Source: an uncultured delta proteobacterium
GTDB lineage: Bacteria > Myxococcota > UBA727 > VGSZ01
Direction of reading: 5' to 3'
DNA length: 64,000 bases
Assembly (NCBI GenBank): GCA_963775425.1
Contig: CAVZJB010000010.1
Span: forward strand, 1-64,000
The notes beneath the pieces are model-generated. The model was not told the DNA's origin. It saw only the letters and a program-made list of their open reading frames with translations, and searched no databases. The translations under genes were made by a program, and so were the position numbers. Below, one piece after another: positions 37,023-46,458 of this stretch (positions are counted from its first letter, which is position 1; each line of letters opens with the position of its first letter).

Positions 37023-39125
37023 ATGGTCGCTGCCCAGGCCGGATCACCGGTGCTGCTCGTCGGGGATGTCTCAGCGAGGCTCGAGCTGGAGCTCGCCTCG
37101 TGCGGACTCGAGTGCGCCGTCGCCCAAAACGCCAACGACGCCGTCGCGCGCATGAAGACCACGCGCTTCCCCTACGTGGTGGTCCCGCCGACGCTCGCGG
37201 ACATGGGCGGCGTCGACTTCATCCATGGCGTGCTCCGGCACTTCGACGCGAGCGTGGTGTTGTACGGAAACGGCGTCGAGCCGGGCGAGGTCAACGCGCT
37301 GTTGCGCACGGGCCGCGTGGCGCACTTTCCCGCGCACGCCGAGGGCCACGTCGTCGCCGACTTCCTCGCGCGGCGCGCGGGCACGCCGCAGCCCTCCGTT
37401 CCGCAGCAGACGCAGCAACAGCCGACGCCCACGCCGCGGCCGACGGCGCCGCCGCCGCTTTCGGGGCCCATCCCCGGGGCCGCGCCCGCCTTCAACCTCA
37501 CGCCCGGCGCCGCCACCCTCTTCGGCGGCGCCGGCGGCTCCTTGTCGAACGTGGCGACGTCGTTTCCGCCTGCCGCGGCGCCCACGCCGGCGGCGTCGGC
37601 GGGCTTTGTCACCACGCCGTCGGGCGGCTTCGCCGCGTTCAACCCCCAAGGCGGCTTCCCGAACGTCACGCCCTCGGGCGGCGTACCGCGTCCGCCCACC
37701 CTCGGGGCCACGCCGGGCGTGGCGCAGCAGGGGCAGGGCCCGCAGTTCGAGCAGGTGGTCGACGAGCTCGCGCGCACCAACTCCGAAGTGGTGATGTTGC
37801 GCGGCAAGCTCGCCGCGGCGGAGCAGGAGAAGGCGACGCTGTCGGTGGAGGTGGAGGCCGCGCGGCGCAGCGCCATCGCCGACGTCGCGCAGGTGATGGC
37901 GCTGTCCGATGAAGGCGACCCCATCGCCGAGGAGATCGAGGAGCTCAAGAACAAGGTCTCCACCGCCGAAAACGATCGGGAGCTCGCGCGCGCCGAGGTC
38001 GACGCGCTGCGCGCCGAGCGCGATCGGCTCGTCGCCGAAGCGGCCCAGAAGGCGGGCGTGCTCGCGGAGCTCCAGGCGCAGGCGGGCGGCGCGGACGTGG
38101 CCCTCAACGAGGCCAAGGCGGAGGCGGCGCGGCTCGCACAGGAGCTCGCGCAAAAGACCGCCGAGGCCGACGCCGCCAAGAAGGAGCTCGAGGACGAGGG
38201 CAAGGCGCTCGAGGAGATGGAGGCCGCGCTGCTCGCAGCGCAGAAGGCGAGGGCCGACGCCGAGGCGCAGGCGCTCGCGCAGGCCGGCGACGCCGTCAGC
38301 GCCGTCGAGAAGGAGAAGGCCGAAGCCGTCGACGCCGCCGAGAAGCTGAAGGCCGAAGCCGTCGACGCCGTCGAGAAGCGCAGCGCCGAGGCGCTCGAGG
38401 CCGCGAACAAGGAGAAGGCCGAGGCCGTCGCGGCGATCGAGCAGCAGCGAGCGGCGCTCGAGGAGCGCGTCAACCTGCTCGAGGCGCAGCGCGTAGAGCT
38501 CGTCTCGGCCGTCGAGAAGGGCGCGCAGGACGCGAGCGCCCACTCCGACGTCGAAGCCGCGCTGCGCATCGAGGCGGAGAAGCTCAAGACGGACGTGGCG
38601 TCGGCGCGCACCGACGCCACCACCGTGCGCCTCGATCTGCAGGAGGCGCTGATGCGCCTCGACGAGGCCACCACATCCTTGGCGGCCGCCACGCAGGAGC
38701 GCGACGCGCTGCGCGCGGAGGCGGGCCCGTTGCGCGAGTGGGCCAACAAGGTCGTGGCCGAGCACGCGCGCACCGTCGAGGAGACGGAGAAGCTGCGCTC
38801 GCAGGCGGAGGCGGCGGACGCGCGGCAGAACACCATCCACGAGCTGCAGACGCGCATCGAGCAGCTCCAGGTGGAGCGCGACAAGGCGGCCGCGTCGGGC
38901 GGCGCGCGCGCCGACGGTGACGTCGAGGTGTTGCTCGCCCGGTCGCGCCAGCTCGCGGACCTCGTGCGCGCGCTCGAGCCCTTCATGTGGGGGCTCACCC
39001 AGGCCACGGGCTTCTACACCAAGGCCGCCGTCGAGGGCGGCGACGCGCACCTCAAGCTCCTCCAGCAGTTGCAGGGCGTGCTGTTGCGGTTGCGCGACGA
39101 GATCGCGATGCTCGACCTGTCATGA
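37023..39125 (+). CDS. Pseudo-receiver + Pro-rich linker + long coiled-coil protein (FrzS/AglZ-like architecture)
   Basis: Receiver-like N-terminus without the phospho-Asp; E/A/K heptad-rich C-terminal two thirds. Confidence 0.8.
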   Translation: MVAAQAGSPVLLVGDVSARLELELASCGLECAVAQNANDAVARMKTTRFPYVVVPPTLADMGGVDFIHGVLRHFDASVVLYGNGVEPGEVNALLRTGRVAHFPAHAEGHVVADFLARRAGTPQPSVPQQTQQQPTPTPRPTAPPPLSGPIPGAAPAFNLTPGAATLFGGAGGSLSNVATSFPPAAAPTPAASAGFVTTPSGGFAAFNPQGGFPNVTPSGGVPRPPTLGATPGVAQQGQGPQFEQVVDELARTNSEVVMLRGKLAAAEQEKATLSVEVEAARRSAIADVAQVMALSDEGDPIAEEIEELKNKVSTAENDRELARAEVDALRAERDRLVAEAAQKAGVLAELQAQAGGADVALNEAKAEAARLAQELAQKTAEADAAKKELEDEGKALEEMEAALLAAQKARADAEAQALAQAGDAVSAVEKEKAEAVDAAEKLKAEAVDAVEKRSAEALEAANKEKAEAVAAIEQQRAALEERVNLLEAQRVELVSAVEKGAQDASAHSDVEAALRIEAEKLKTDVASARTDATTVRLDLQEALMRLDEATTSLAAATQERDALRAEAGPLREWANKVVAEHARTVEETEKLRSQAEAADARQNTIHELQTRIEQLQVERDKAAASGGARADGDVEVLLARSRQLADLVRALEPFMWGLTQATGFYTKAAVEGGDAHLKLLQQLQGVLLRLRDEIAMLDLS

Positions 39126-40246
39126 GCTCCGCCCCCTTCGCGCCCACCACTCCGTCGCTCGGCCAAGCGGCCCGCGGGCGAGGCGAGGGGCAAAAACGGA
39201 AGAACGTCGTCCGCGTCCTCGACGCCTGGTACGCCGCCTGTCAGTCCGACGACCTCGACGGCAAGCACCCGCTGCCGCGCATGGTGCTCGGTCTGCCGCT
39301 GGTGCTCTTCCGCGACGAAGACGGCCGGGCCGCGGCGCTCCTCGATCGCTGCCCGCACAGGAACGTCCCGTTGTCGCTCGGCAGCGTCGACGGCGGCGAG
39401 CTCAAGTGCCGCTACCACGGCTGGCGCTTCGACTGCGACGGCCGCTTGAAGGCGATCCCGGGTCTCCCCATCGTCAACGCCGCTGCCGAGCTCGACATGC
39501 CCGGGCGGCGCTGCCTGTCGTTCCCCGTGATCGAGCGCGACGGCTACGTGTGGGTTTGGGCGCAGCCGGCGCGGCCGCCGTCGACGGAGCCGTTCGCCCT
39601 GGCCCAGTGCCGGTGGCCCGGGTACCTGACGCTGCGCTGGGTGGGCGACGTCGAGGGCACGCTGCACAGCACCCTCGAGAACATCCTCGACGTGCCGCAC
39701 ACCTCGTTCCTGCACGGCGGCCTCTTTCGCAAAGAGGAGAAGAAGAACGAGGTCACCGCGGTGGTGCGCCGCCGCGCCGACGGCGTCGAGGCCGAGTTCA
39801 TCGGGGAGCCGCGGCCCGAGGGTCTGGCCGGGCGTGTGCTTTCGCCCTCCGGCGGCGTCGTCGTGCACTTCGACCGCTTCTTTTTGCCGTCGGTGGCGCA
39901 GGTGGAGTACCGGCTCGGCGAGGAAAACCACCTGGTGACGACGTCGATCTGTACGCCGGTCACCGAGACGCGCACCCGGATGTTCACGTGCTTGAGCGTG
40001 CGCACCCGCCTGCCCATCCGGCTGCTCGCCCCGTTCGTCATCCCGGTGGCATGGAAGATCCTGGCCCAGGATCGCTTCATCCTGGGCGCGCAGACCGAGC
40101 TGGTGGACCGCTTCCGGACCGAGACCTTCTCGTCGACGCCCATCGATCTGCTCGGTCCCCACATCCTCCACCTCTTGAAGAAGGCCGAGGCCGGCGCCCT
40201 GCACGAGGCCATCGTGCGCGAGGAGACCCTCCAGCTCCTCACCTAG
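39122..40246 (+). CDS. Rieske non-heme iron oxygenase, alpha subunit (VanA-like)
   Basis: CPHR...CRYHGW Rieske ligands; ENILDVPHTSFLH mononuclear Fe motif. Confidence 0.92.
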   Translation: MSSAPFAPTTPSLGQAARGRGEGQKRKNVVRVLDAWYAACQSDDLDGKHPLPRMVLGLPLVLFRDEDGRAAALLDRCPHRNVPLSLGSVDGGELKCRYHGWRFDCDGRLKAIPGLPIVNAAAELDMPGRRCLSFPVIERDGYVWVWAQPARPPSTEPFALAQCRWPGYLTLRWVGDVEGTLHSTLENILDVPHTSFLHGGLFRKEEKKNEVTAVVRRRADGVEAEFIGEPRPEGLAGRVLSPSGGVVVHFDRFFLPSVAQVEYRLGEENHLVTTSICTPVTETRTRMFTCLSVRTRLPIRLLAPFVIPVAWKILAQDRFILGAQTELVDRFRTETFSSTPIDLLGPHILHLLKKAEAGALHEAIVREETLQLLT

Positions 40247-40291
40247 GCGCAAAGCCGTGAGCGCTGGGCGGTGGGATCGTAGATTCCCGAG

Positions 40292-40966
40292 GTGGACGTG
40301 CACGCCCTCGCCATCCAGGCGCTCGATTGGCTCGGAGCGCTTCCGCCGTGGGCGGCGCTCGCGTTCTGCGGCTTCATCGCGTTCATCGAGTATCCGGTGC
40401 CGCCGCTGCCCCACGACATCGTCGTCGTCGCCGGCGGCATCCTCGCCGCGCGCGGGCTCATCGATCCCTACCTGCTCATCGGCGTCGTGACCGTGGGCTC
40501 CATGCTCGGCGCCCTCGCCGCCTGGTACCTCGGCCGCCTCGCGGGCGATCACCCGCGGGTGCGCAAGTTCGTCTTGCGCTTCGTCAGCCAAGCGAGCTTC
40601 GATCGCATCGGCCGCCGCTACCAGAAGTGGGGTCGCATGCTCATCGCCGCCAACCGCTTCCTCCCCGGTGTCCGCACCACGCTGATGTTCGGCGCCGGGA
40701 TGTTCCGCGTGCCCGCCAAGGACGTCGCCATCTTCGGCGCGCTGTCGGCGTTCCTCTGGAACGGCCTGCTCATCGGCGCCGGCGTGCTCCTCGGCGAGAA
40801 CCTCGACGAGGTGCTCGGCTGGGTGGAGCGGTACAGCCTGGTCGCGTGGATCGTCGTCGGCGTCGCCGTGGCCGTGTTCGTGGGCCGGCTGTGGTGGCTG
40901 GCCCGACGACGACGCGCCGCGCGTCCCCCGCCGGCGGGCACGCCGGCGCCGGGATCATCCGGATGA
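40292..40966 (+). CDS. DedA family membrane protein
   Basis: FIEYPVPPLP, GSMLG...YLGR, RFLPGVRT. Confidence 0.9.
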   Translation: MDVHALAIQALDWLGALPPWAALAFCGFIAFIEYPVPPLPHDIVVVAGGILAARGLIDPYLLIGVVTVGSMLGALAAWYLGRLAGDHPRVRKFVLRFVSQASFDRIGRRYQKWGRMLIAANRFLPGVRTTLMFGAGMFRVPAKDVAIFGALSAFLWNGLLIGAGVLLGENLDEVLGWVERYSLVAWIVVGVAVAVFVGRLWWLARRRRAARPPPAGTPAPGSSG

Positions 40967-43866
40967 AGCTCTGCGAGACGTGCGGCGGCTGCTTCGACGA
41001 CGACTACGACGCCTGCGGCTACGACGGCGGCGCCCTCGTGACCTTCTTTCCCGGCCCGCGGGTCATCGGCGCGCGCTACCTCCTCGAGCAGCGCGTGGCC
41101 GCCGGCGCCATGGGCGTGGTGGTGCGCGCCACGCACCTTCAAGTGGGCTCCACCGTGGCCGTGAAGCTCATGCGCCCCGAGAACGAGGACACGCACGTGG
41201 CGCTCGCGCGCTTCCAGCGCGAGGCGCAGATCCTCGGGCAGATCAAGCACCCGAACGCCGTGCTCGTCATCGACTTCGGCGTCGAGCAGCGCGGCCACGA
41301 CAGCGCGCCCTATCTCGTCATGGAGTTCTTGCGCGGCGAGAGCCTCTCGAGCGTCCTCGAGCGCCGCGGGCCGCTGTCGCTCGACGAGCTCGAGCGCATC
41401 CTCGGCCCGCTGTGCGACGCCGTGGAGGAGGCGCACGCCGTCGGCGTCATCCACCGCGACATCAAGCCGGGCAACGTGGTGCTCGAGCGGCTGCGCGACG
41501 GCAGCGAGATCGTGAAGGTGCTCGACTTCGGCATCGCGCGCTACCTGTCGTCGTCGCGCGGCGCCGACGGCCCACGACGCGCCGACGTCGAGCCCGTCGC
41601 TGCCGGGGCGACGGCGCCGGAGCCGGTGACGCTCGAGGGCTTCGCGCTCTCCGGCGACGGTGACGAGATCGACGAGCTCGCGGAGCTCCTCGCCGACGAC
41701 GACGACGAAGACGAGGCGTGGCTCGCGGAGGTGGTCTCCACGCGGCAGGAGGTGGCGCGCCCCACCGTGTCCGAGCGCGTCCCCGGGACGCCGCGCCCCG
41801 CCGTCGTCGACGGCGGCGCCGTGGGCGGCGGCGGCGCGGCGCGCGATCCCACCACCGAGGCGGGCATCATGATCGGCACGGTGCCGTACATGGCGCCGGA
41901 GCAGATGACGGGGGAGCGCATCTCCGTCCGCACCGACGTGCACGCGGTGGCGGTGCTCGCGTTTCAATGCCTGGCGGGGCGCCTGCCCTACGAGGGCGAG
42001 GACGACGAGATCATCGCCGCCAAGCTCGCCGACGAGCGACCGTCGCTCTTCGACGTCGGTGTCGACGCGCCCGCGGAGGTCGAAGACGTCCTGCGGCGCT
42101 CCTTCGCGCTCGACCCCGCCGAGCGGCCGGCCACGGTGCGCGAGATCGGCGAGGTGCTCAAACACGCGGTCCACGCCGCGCGCGCGCCCTCCGGCGCTCC
42201 GCTCGTGGGCGCGCGGGCCGGCGCGGACGGCGGCTTCGACGCCGTCGCCGAGATCGAGGCCATCACGCGATCCCTGGCGGGGGCGGAGGCGGCGGCCCAC
42301 GGCTGGGTCGAGAGCGCCGCCGGCGAGGAGCACTACAAGAAGGCGCGCGACGCGCTGCTCGCGGTGGACGCGCCGCTCAAGCGGGTGCGCGCGGTGGTGG
42401 AGGCCGCGGAGCCGCTCGACGACGACGACGACCGCGCCGCGCTCGTCGACGCGCGGCGCGCGCTCGAGGCGCAGGTGAGCGCCGTGCGCCGGAGCCTCGC
42501 GCGCATCGAGCCGGCGCCGGGGCCGGTGGCGGGCGGCGTGGCCACCGAATACGGCGACTACCTCGCGGCGCTGTGGACGCGGCTCGACGCCACCGCGCAG
42601 GAGATCGTCGCGGCGCTGAAGGCCGTGACCGGCGAGGACAAGGCGGCGGACACCGGCCCGTACGTCGCCGTGCAGCTCTTCGCAGAGGCGGACTCGCCGC
42701 GCGACCTCACGCTCGCGGACATCACCGATCGACTCCTCGCGCGCGATCCGCTCGACGCCGTCGACGCCGTCGAGGAGCTCCTGCAAAGCGGCGTGGAGCT
42801 GGTGGTGCACGCGCTCGGCCCCGGCGGCGACGACGCGACGGCGGTGCGCCTCGCCCGCGGCCTCTGGCGCCACGCGGACACCATCCTGTTGCACGAGCTG
42901 TCGCCGGCGCGGCGCGCGTTTCGATTGCTGCCGTTCCTCGCGGGGCTCCGCGGCCCTACCGCGGCGCCGTTCGCGCTGTTGGCGCGGATGTTCGGCGCCG
43001 CCGCCCTCGACGACGACGGCGTCAGCCTGGGCCTCGCCGCGCTCGAGCGCGCCGACGATCGCGCCGTGCTCGCGCGCTGCCTGCTCGTGCACCCGAGCGA
43101 GGTCGCGCGCCGACGCGCGGCGGCGTCGCTCGAGCTGTCGGACCTGTGGAACGTCATCGCGCATCCGTCGACGCCGGTGGCGGTGTGCAGCTTCCTCTTT
43201 CAGCACGTGTCCGAGCGCGCGCCCAACGAGTACCTCAAGATCTTCTTCTTCTGCGTGCGCGAGAGCCTGCGCGCGGCGGCCTCGGGCAAGGACGTGCTCG
43301 ACGCGCTGGCGCTCGTGTCGAGGTTCTTCCAGATCCCGTGCTTCCACGAGGACATCGTGTTCGAGCCGCTGCTCGACCTCGACCGCACGCTGCGCGCCCG
43401 CTCCGCCGGCTTCGAGGACGCCGCGTACGCCGAGGCCCTCGCCGCGTTCACGGCCGGCGGCGCGCACGAGAGCAAGCCGCTCGAGCACATGCGCGACATC
43501 CCGCTGGCCATCCAGCGAAAGCTCGCGCGCGAGGGGCGCTTCCTCACCTACTTCGTCAGCCACAGCAACGATCGCGTCGCGCGCGAGACGCTGCCGCACT
43601 TGTTTCGTCTCGACGACATCACGCCGTTTTTGCGCATCGCCACCATCCACCGCGTGGTGCTCACCGAGCTCGCCAAGCGCAAGCGCTTCTTCCGCAAAGA
43701 GCCGCCCAAGCTCGCGCTGCTGCAAAACCCCAAGACGCCGGCGATCATCGCGCGCGTGTTTCTTCCCCTGGTCGCGAGCGAGCAGTTGCGCTTGCTCGCG
43801 GGCAACAAGCACATCAACCCCGACGTCCGCCGCCTCATCACCGCCACGCTCGCGCGCGGGCACTGA
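40963..43866 (+). CDS. Large Ser/Thr kinase with N-terminal Cys knuckle, giant activation-loop insert and helical C-terminal domain
   Basis: MKLCETC; GAMGVV, VAVK, HRDIKPGN, DFG...GTVPYMAPE; C-terminal LQNPKTP. Confidence 0.9.
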   Translation: MKLCETCGGCFDDDYDACGYDGGALVTFFPGPRVIGARYLLEQRVAAGAMGVVVRATHLQVGSTVAVKLMRPENEDTHVALARFQREAQILGQIKHPNAVLVIDFGVEQRGHDSAPYLVMEFLRGESLSSVLERRGPLSLDELERILGPLCDAVEEAHAVGVIHRDIKPGNVVLERLRDGSEIVKVLDFGIARYLSSSRGADGPRRADVEPVAAGATAPEPVTLEGFALSGDGDEIDELAELLADDDDEDEAWLAEVVSTRQEVARPTVSERVPGTPRPAVVDGGAVGGGGAARDPTTEAGIMIGTVPYMAPEQMTGERISVRTDVHAVAVLAFQCLAGRLPYEGEDDEIIAAKLADERPSLFDVGVDAPAEVEDVLRRSFALDPAERPATVREIGEVLKHAVHAARAPSGAPLVGARAGADGGFDAVAEIEAITRSLAGAEAAAHGWVESAAGEEHYKKARDALLAVDAPLKRVRAVVEAAEPLDDDDDRAALVDARRALEAQVSAVRRSLARIEPAPGPVAGGVATEYGDYLAALWTRLDATAQEIVAALKAVTGEDKAADTGPYVAVQLFAEADSPRDLTLADITDRLLARDPLDAVDAVEELLQSGVELVVHALGPGGDDATAVRLARGLWRHADTILLHELSPARRAFRLLPFLAGLRGPTAAPFALLARMFGAAALDDDGVSLGLAALERADDRAVLARCLLVHPSEVARRRAAASLELSDLWNVIAHPSTPVAVCSFLFQHVSERAPNEYLKIFFFCVRESLRAAASGKDVLDALALVSRFFQIPCFHEDIVFEPLLDLDRTLRARSAGFEDAAYAEALAAFTAGGAHESKPLEHMRDIPLAIQRKLAREGRFLTYFVSHSNDRVARETLPHLFRLDDITPFLRIATIHRVVLTELAKRKRFFRKEPPKLALLQNPKTPAIIARVFLPLVASEQLRLLAGNKHINPDVRRLITATLARGH

Positions 43867-43938
43867 GCGGCGTCGCCGGCGCCGCCTGCGTGCGCGGAGA
43901 CGCTTGCGCGGGCGCCGGAACCTGCTCAAAATGAGCGC

Positions 43939-45360
43939 GTGCGCGCACAGAACGACACCGTCGCCCGCCCTCGCGCCCGGCCCGCCGCCGCCGCTCCCGT
44001 CAAGAGCGCGCTCGAGCGCACCCTGGGGGAGGCGGTGCGGGCGGTGCGCATCCTGCGCGGCGAGGGCGCGCGCACCCTCCGGCTCGACGAGAGCGCGCGC
44101 TACGTCCTCGGCAGGCACGACGCGGCCGACATCGTCTTCGACGCGCCCGAGGTCTCGCGGCTGCACGGCGTCCTGCGCTTCGTCGGCGGCGCCTGGCGCT
44201 ACGAGGACTACGGCAGCCAGAACGGGTCCACGCTCGTGCGGCTCGACGACATCCGCGCGGTCCCCGCGCACGCTCCCGTGGAGCTGCGCGCGCTGGACGT
44301 CCTGGAGCTCGGCGGCGAGGGCGCGCGCATCGAGCTGCTCCCGGCGAGCGAGGCCGACGACGATGACGACGACGGCGCCCGCAGCCTCGACGTCGTCGTG
44401 TCCAAGGCCGCGCGCGCCTTCGCCGAGCGCGTGCGGCTGGCGGCGCGCACGCGCGTCCCCGTGTTCCTCCTCGGACCCTCGGGCGTGGGCAAGACGTTCA
44501 CCGCGCGGGAGATCCACGACGCGTCGGCGCTGCCGGGCCCGTTCGTCCCCGTGAACTGCGCAAGGCTGCCGCAGGAGCCCACGGCGCTTCACAGCGAGCT
44601 GCTTGGACACGTGAAGGGCGCGTACACCGGGGCCGACGGCGCGCGCACCGGCAAGCTCGTGTTCGCCGACGGCGGCACGCTGTTCCTCGACGAGGTGGAG
44701 AGCCTGCCGGCGCTGGCGCAGGGCTTCCTCCTCGACGTGCTCGAGGGCTCCGGTGACCTGGCGCCGCTCGGCGCGCAGGCGCCGCGCCTGAAGCCCATCA
44801 CCTTTCGTCTGGTGGCGGCGTCCAAGCTGCCGCTCGGCAAGAGCGGCTTGCGCGACGACCTGTGCGAGCGCCTCGCCGAGGGGCACCTGTGGCGCGTGCC
44901 CGGGCTCGAGGAGCGGCGAGAGGACATCCCCGGGCTCTTGCGCCGGTTCGCGGCGGAGCAGGAGAAGATGCTGGGGGCGCGCGTGAGCATCCCGCCCGCG
45001 GCCGTGCGCTTCTGTGTCGACGCGCCGTGGCCCGGTCAGATCCGGCAGTTGCGCGCCTCGGTGGTGGCGCTGTCGCAGCTCGGGCTCGCGCGGTTGTCCG
45101 AGCGCGCCGAGCGCACGGGGGGCAAGCGCCCGGAGATCGTGCTGCGCGACGGCGACTTCGCGGCGCACCTCGCCGAGCGCGAGCTGGTCTTCGGCGACGA
45201 CGACGCCGTGCGCACCAAGGCCGACCCCCGCGCGCTCACGGCGGCGCAGCTCCGCCGCGCGCTGGCGAACGCGAGCGGCTCGCGCACGGCCGCCGCCAAG
45301 GCCCTCGGCATCTCGCGCAACACGCTCGCGAAGAAGGCGCGCGAGCTCGGCGTGGACTGA
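43939..45360 (+). CDS. FHA-domain sigma54-dependent enhancer-binding protein
   Basis: FHA motifs LGR...VSRLH...SQNGS; GPSGVGKT, GAYTGA, LFLDEV; Fis HTH. Confidence 0.92.
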   Translation: MRAQNDTVARPRARPAAAAPVKSALERTLGEAVRAVRILRGEGARTLRLDESARYVLGRHDAADIVFDAPEVSRLHGVLRFVGGAWRYEDYGSQNGSTLVRLDDIRAVPAHAPVELRALDVLELGGEGARIELLPASEADDDDDDGARSLDVVVSKAARAFAERVRLAARTRVPVFLLGPSGVGKTFTAREIHDASALPGPFVPVNCARLPQEPTALHSELLGHVKGAYTGADGARTGKLVFADGGTLFLDEVESLPALAQGFLLDVLEGSGDLAPLGAQAPRLKPITFRLVAASKLPLGKSGLRDDLCERLAEGHLWRVPGLEERREDIPGLLRRFAAEQEKMLGARVSIPPAAVRFCVDAPWPGQIRQLRASVVALSQLGLARLSERAERTGGKRPEIVLRDGDFAAHLAERELVFGDDDAVRTKADPRALTAAQLRRALANASGSRTAAAKALGISRNTLAKKARELGVD

Positions 45361-45447
45361 TGCGCGGAGCGGCGCTCCGCCCGGCGCGCCTCGTGCCATC
45401 GGTCGGGGCACCGATTCCGCCGGCGCGGCGGCGGTCGAGCATGCTGG

Positions 45448-46458
45448 ATGCTCTTCGTCGCAGCCTGCGCCGCGCTCGCGGTCGCTCTTCCTCCGGGCAG
45501 CGTCGTGGTCGGGACGTCGAGCATCGACGGCACCGCCACCGACGTCGTCCTCCTCGCGCCGAGCGGCGAGCGCGAGGTGCTCGGCAGCTTCGCGCATTCG
45601 CGCGGTCGCCTCCCGAAGGGAACGCTCGCCGGCGACACGCTGGTGACGACGTCCCAGGTCCCGGACGGCACGCGCTCCGTCGTCGAGATCACCAGCGCCG
45701 ACGGCGCGCGCAAGATCGCGGGGACGGGCGCGATCGCCACCCAGGCGCCGCGGCTCGTCGACGGCGCCCCGCTCTACGTCGCCGACGTCTCTCCCGGCGC
45801 GCCGGCCGCGCGCTTCGAGCTGCGCCGCGGCGACCGCGTGCTCGCGCGCTTCTCCGGCACCTGGCTCACGCCCGCGTCGACGCGGGCGCCGCTCTTCCTC
45901 GCCGGCGACGCCGGCGGCGTCTGGGGCGCGCTCGCCCTGTCCTGCCCGCCGTCCGGGGCGGCGTGCTCGCTCGTGGAGCGCGCGCGCTTCGGCAAGGGGC
46001 GCTTCCGCGCGCTCGCCGCCGCGGGCGACCTCCTCGTCGTCGAGCGCGACGTCGACGCAGGCCACGCCGAGGTCATCGGCGTTCGCGCCGGCCAAGGGTC
46101 GAACGCGGAGCGCACCGTGCTGTGGCGCGGCCTCCCCGGCATGGACCCGCGCGCCTGCGGCGACGGCCTCGCGCTCGGCAACGGGAAGAAGCGCGCCGGC
46201 GTCGTCGTCGCCCGCGTGGAGCGCGGCAAGCTCGTCGACGTGCGCGAGCTCGACGGCGGGGTCGCCGGCGTGACCACACCGCTGTCGTGCGGCGTCGTCG
46301 ACGGCGCCACGCTCGTGGCCGCGTGGCTCGACAAGGGCGCGTCGCTGCCGGGAGAGCTGTGGCTGTTTTCGACCAACGCCCCGGCCCGGCGGCTGCTCGC
46401 GCCTCACGCCGGTGACGCCGTCGAGGTGTACGGCGTCGTCGAGCGAGGTGCGCCGTGA
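45448..46458 (+). CDS. Secreted hypothetical beta-rich protein
   Basis: Hydrophobic N-terminus; overlaps the next start (GTGA). Confidence 0.65.
   Translation: MLFVAACAALAVALPPGSVVVGTSSIDGTATDVVLLAPSGEREVLGSFAHSRGRLPKGTLAGDTLVTTSQVPDGTRSVVEITSADGARKIAGTGAIATQAPRLVDGAPLYVADVSPGAPAARFELRRGDRVLARFSGTWLTPASTRAPLFLAGDAGGVWGALALSCPPSGAACSLVERARFGKGRFRALAAAGDLLVVERDVDAGHAEVIGVRAGQGSNAERTVLWRGLPGMDPRACGDGLALGNGKKRAGVVVARVERGKLVDVRELDGGVAGVTTPLSCGVVDGATLVAAWLDKGASLPGELWLFSTNAPARRLLAPHAGDAVEVYGVVERGAP

Noticed and set aside
40618-46407. 1929-aa minus-strand ORF and other long Arg/Ala-rich ORFs (e.g. 47147-50296, 60749-63484)
   Set aside because: Stop-poor shadow frames typical of high-GC DNA, lying opposite well-supported genes
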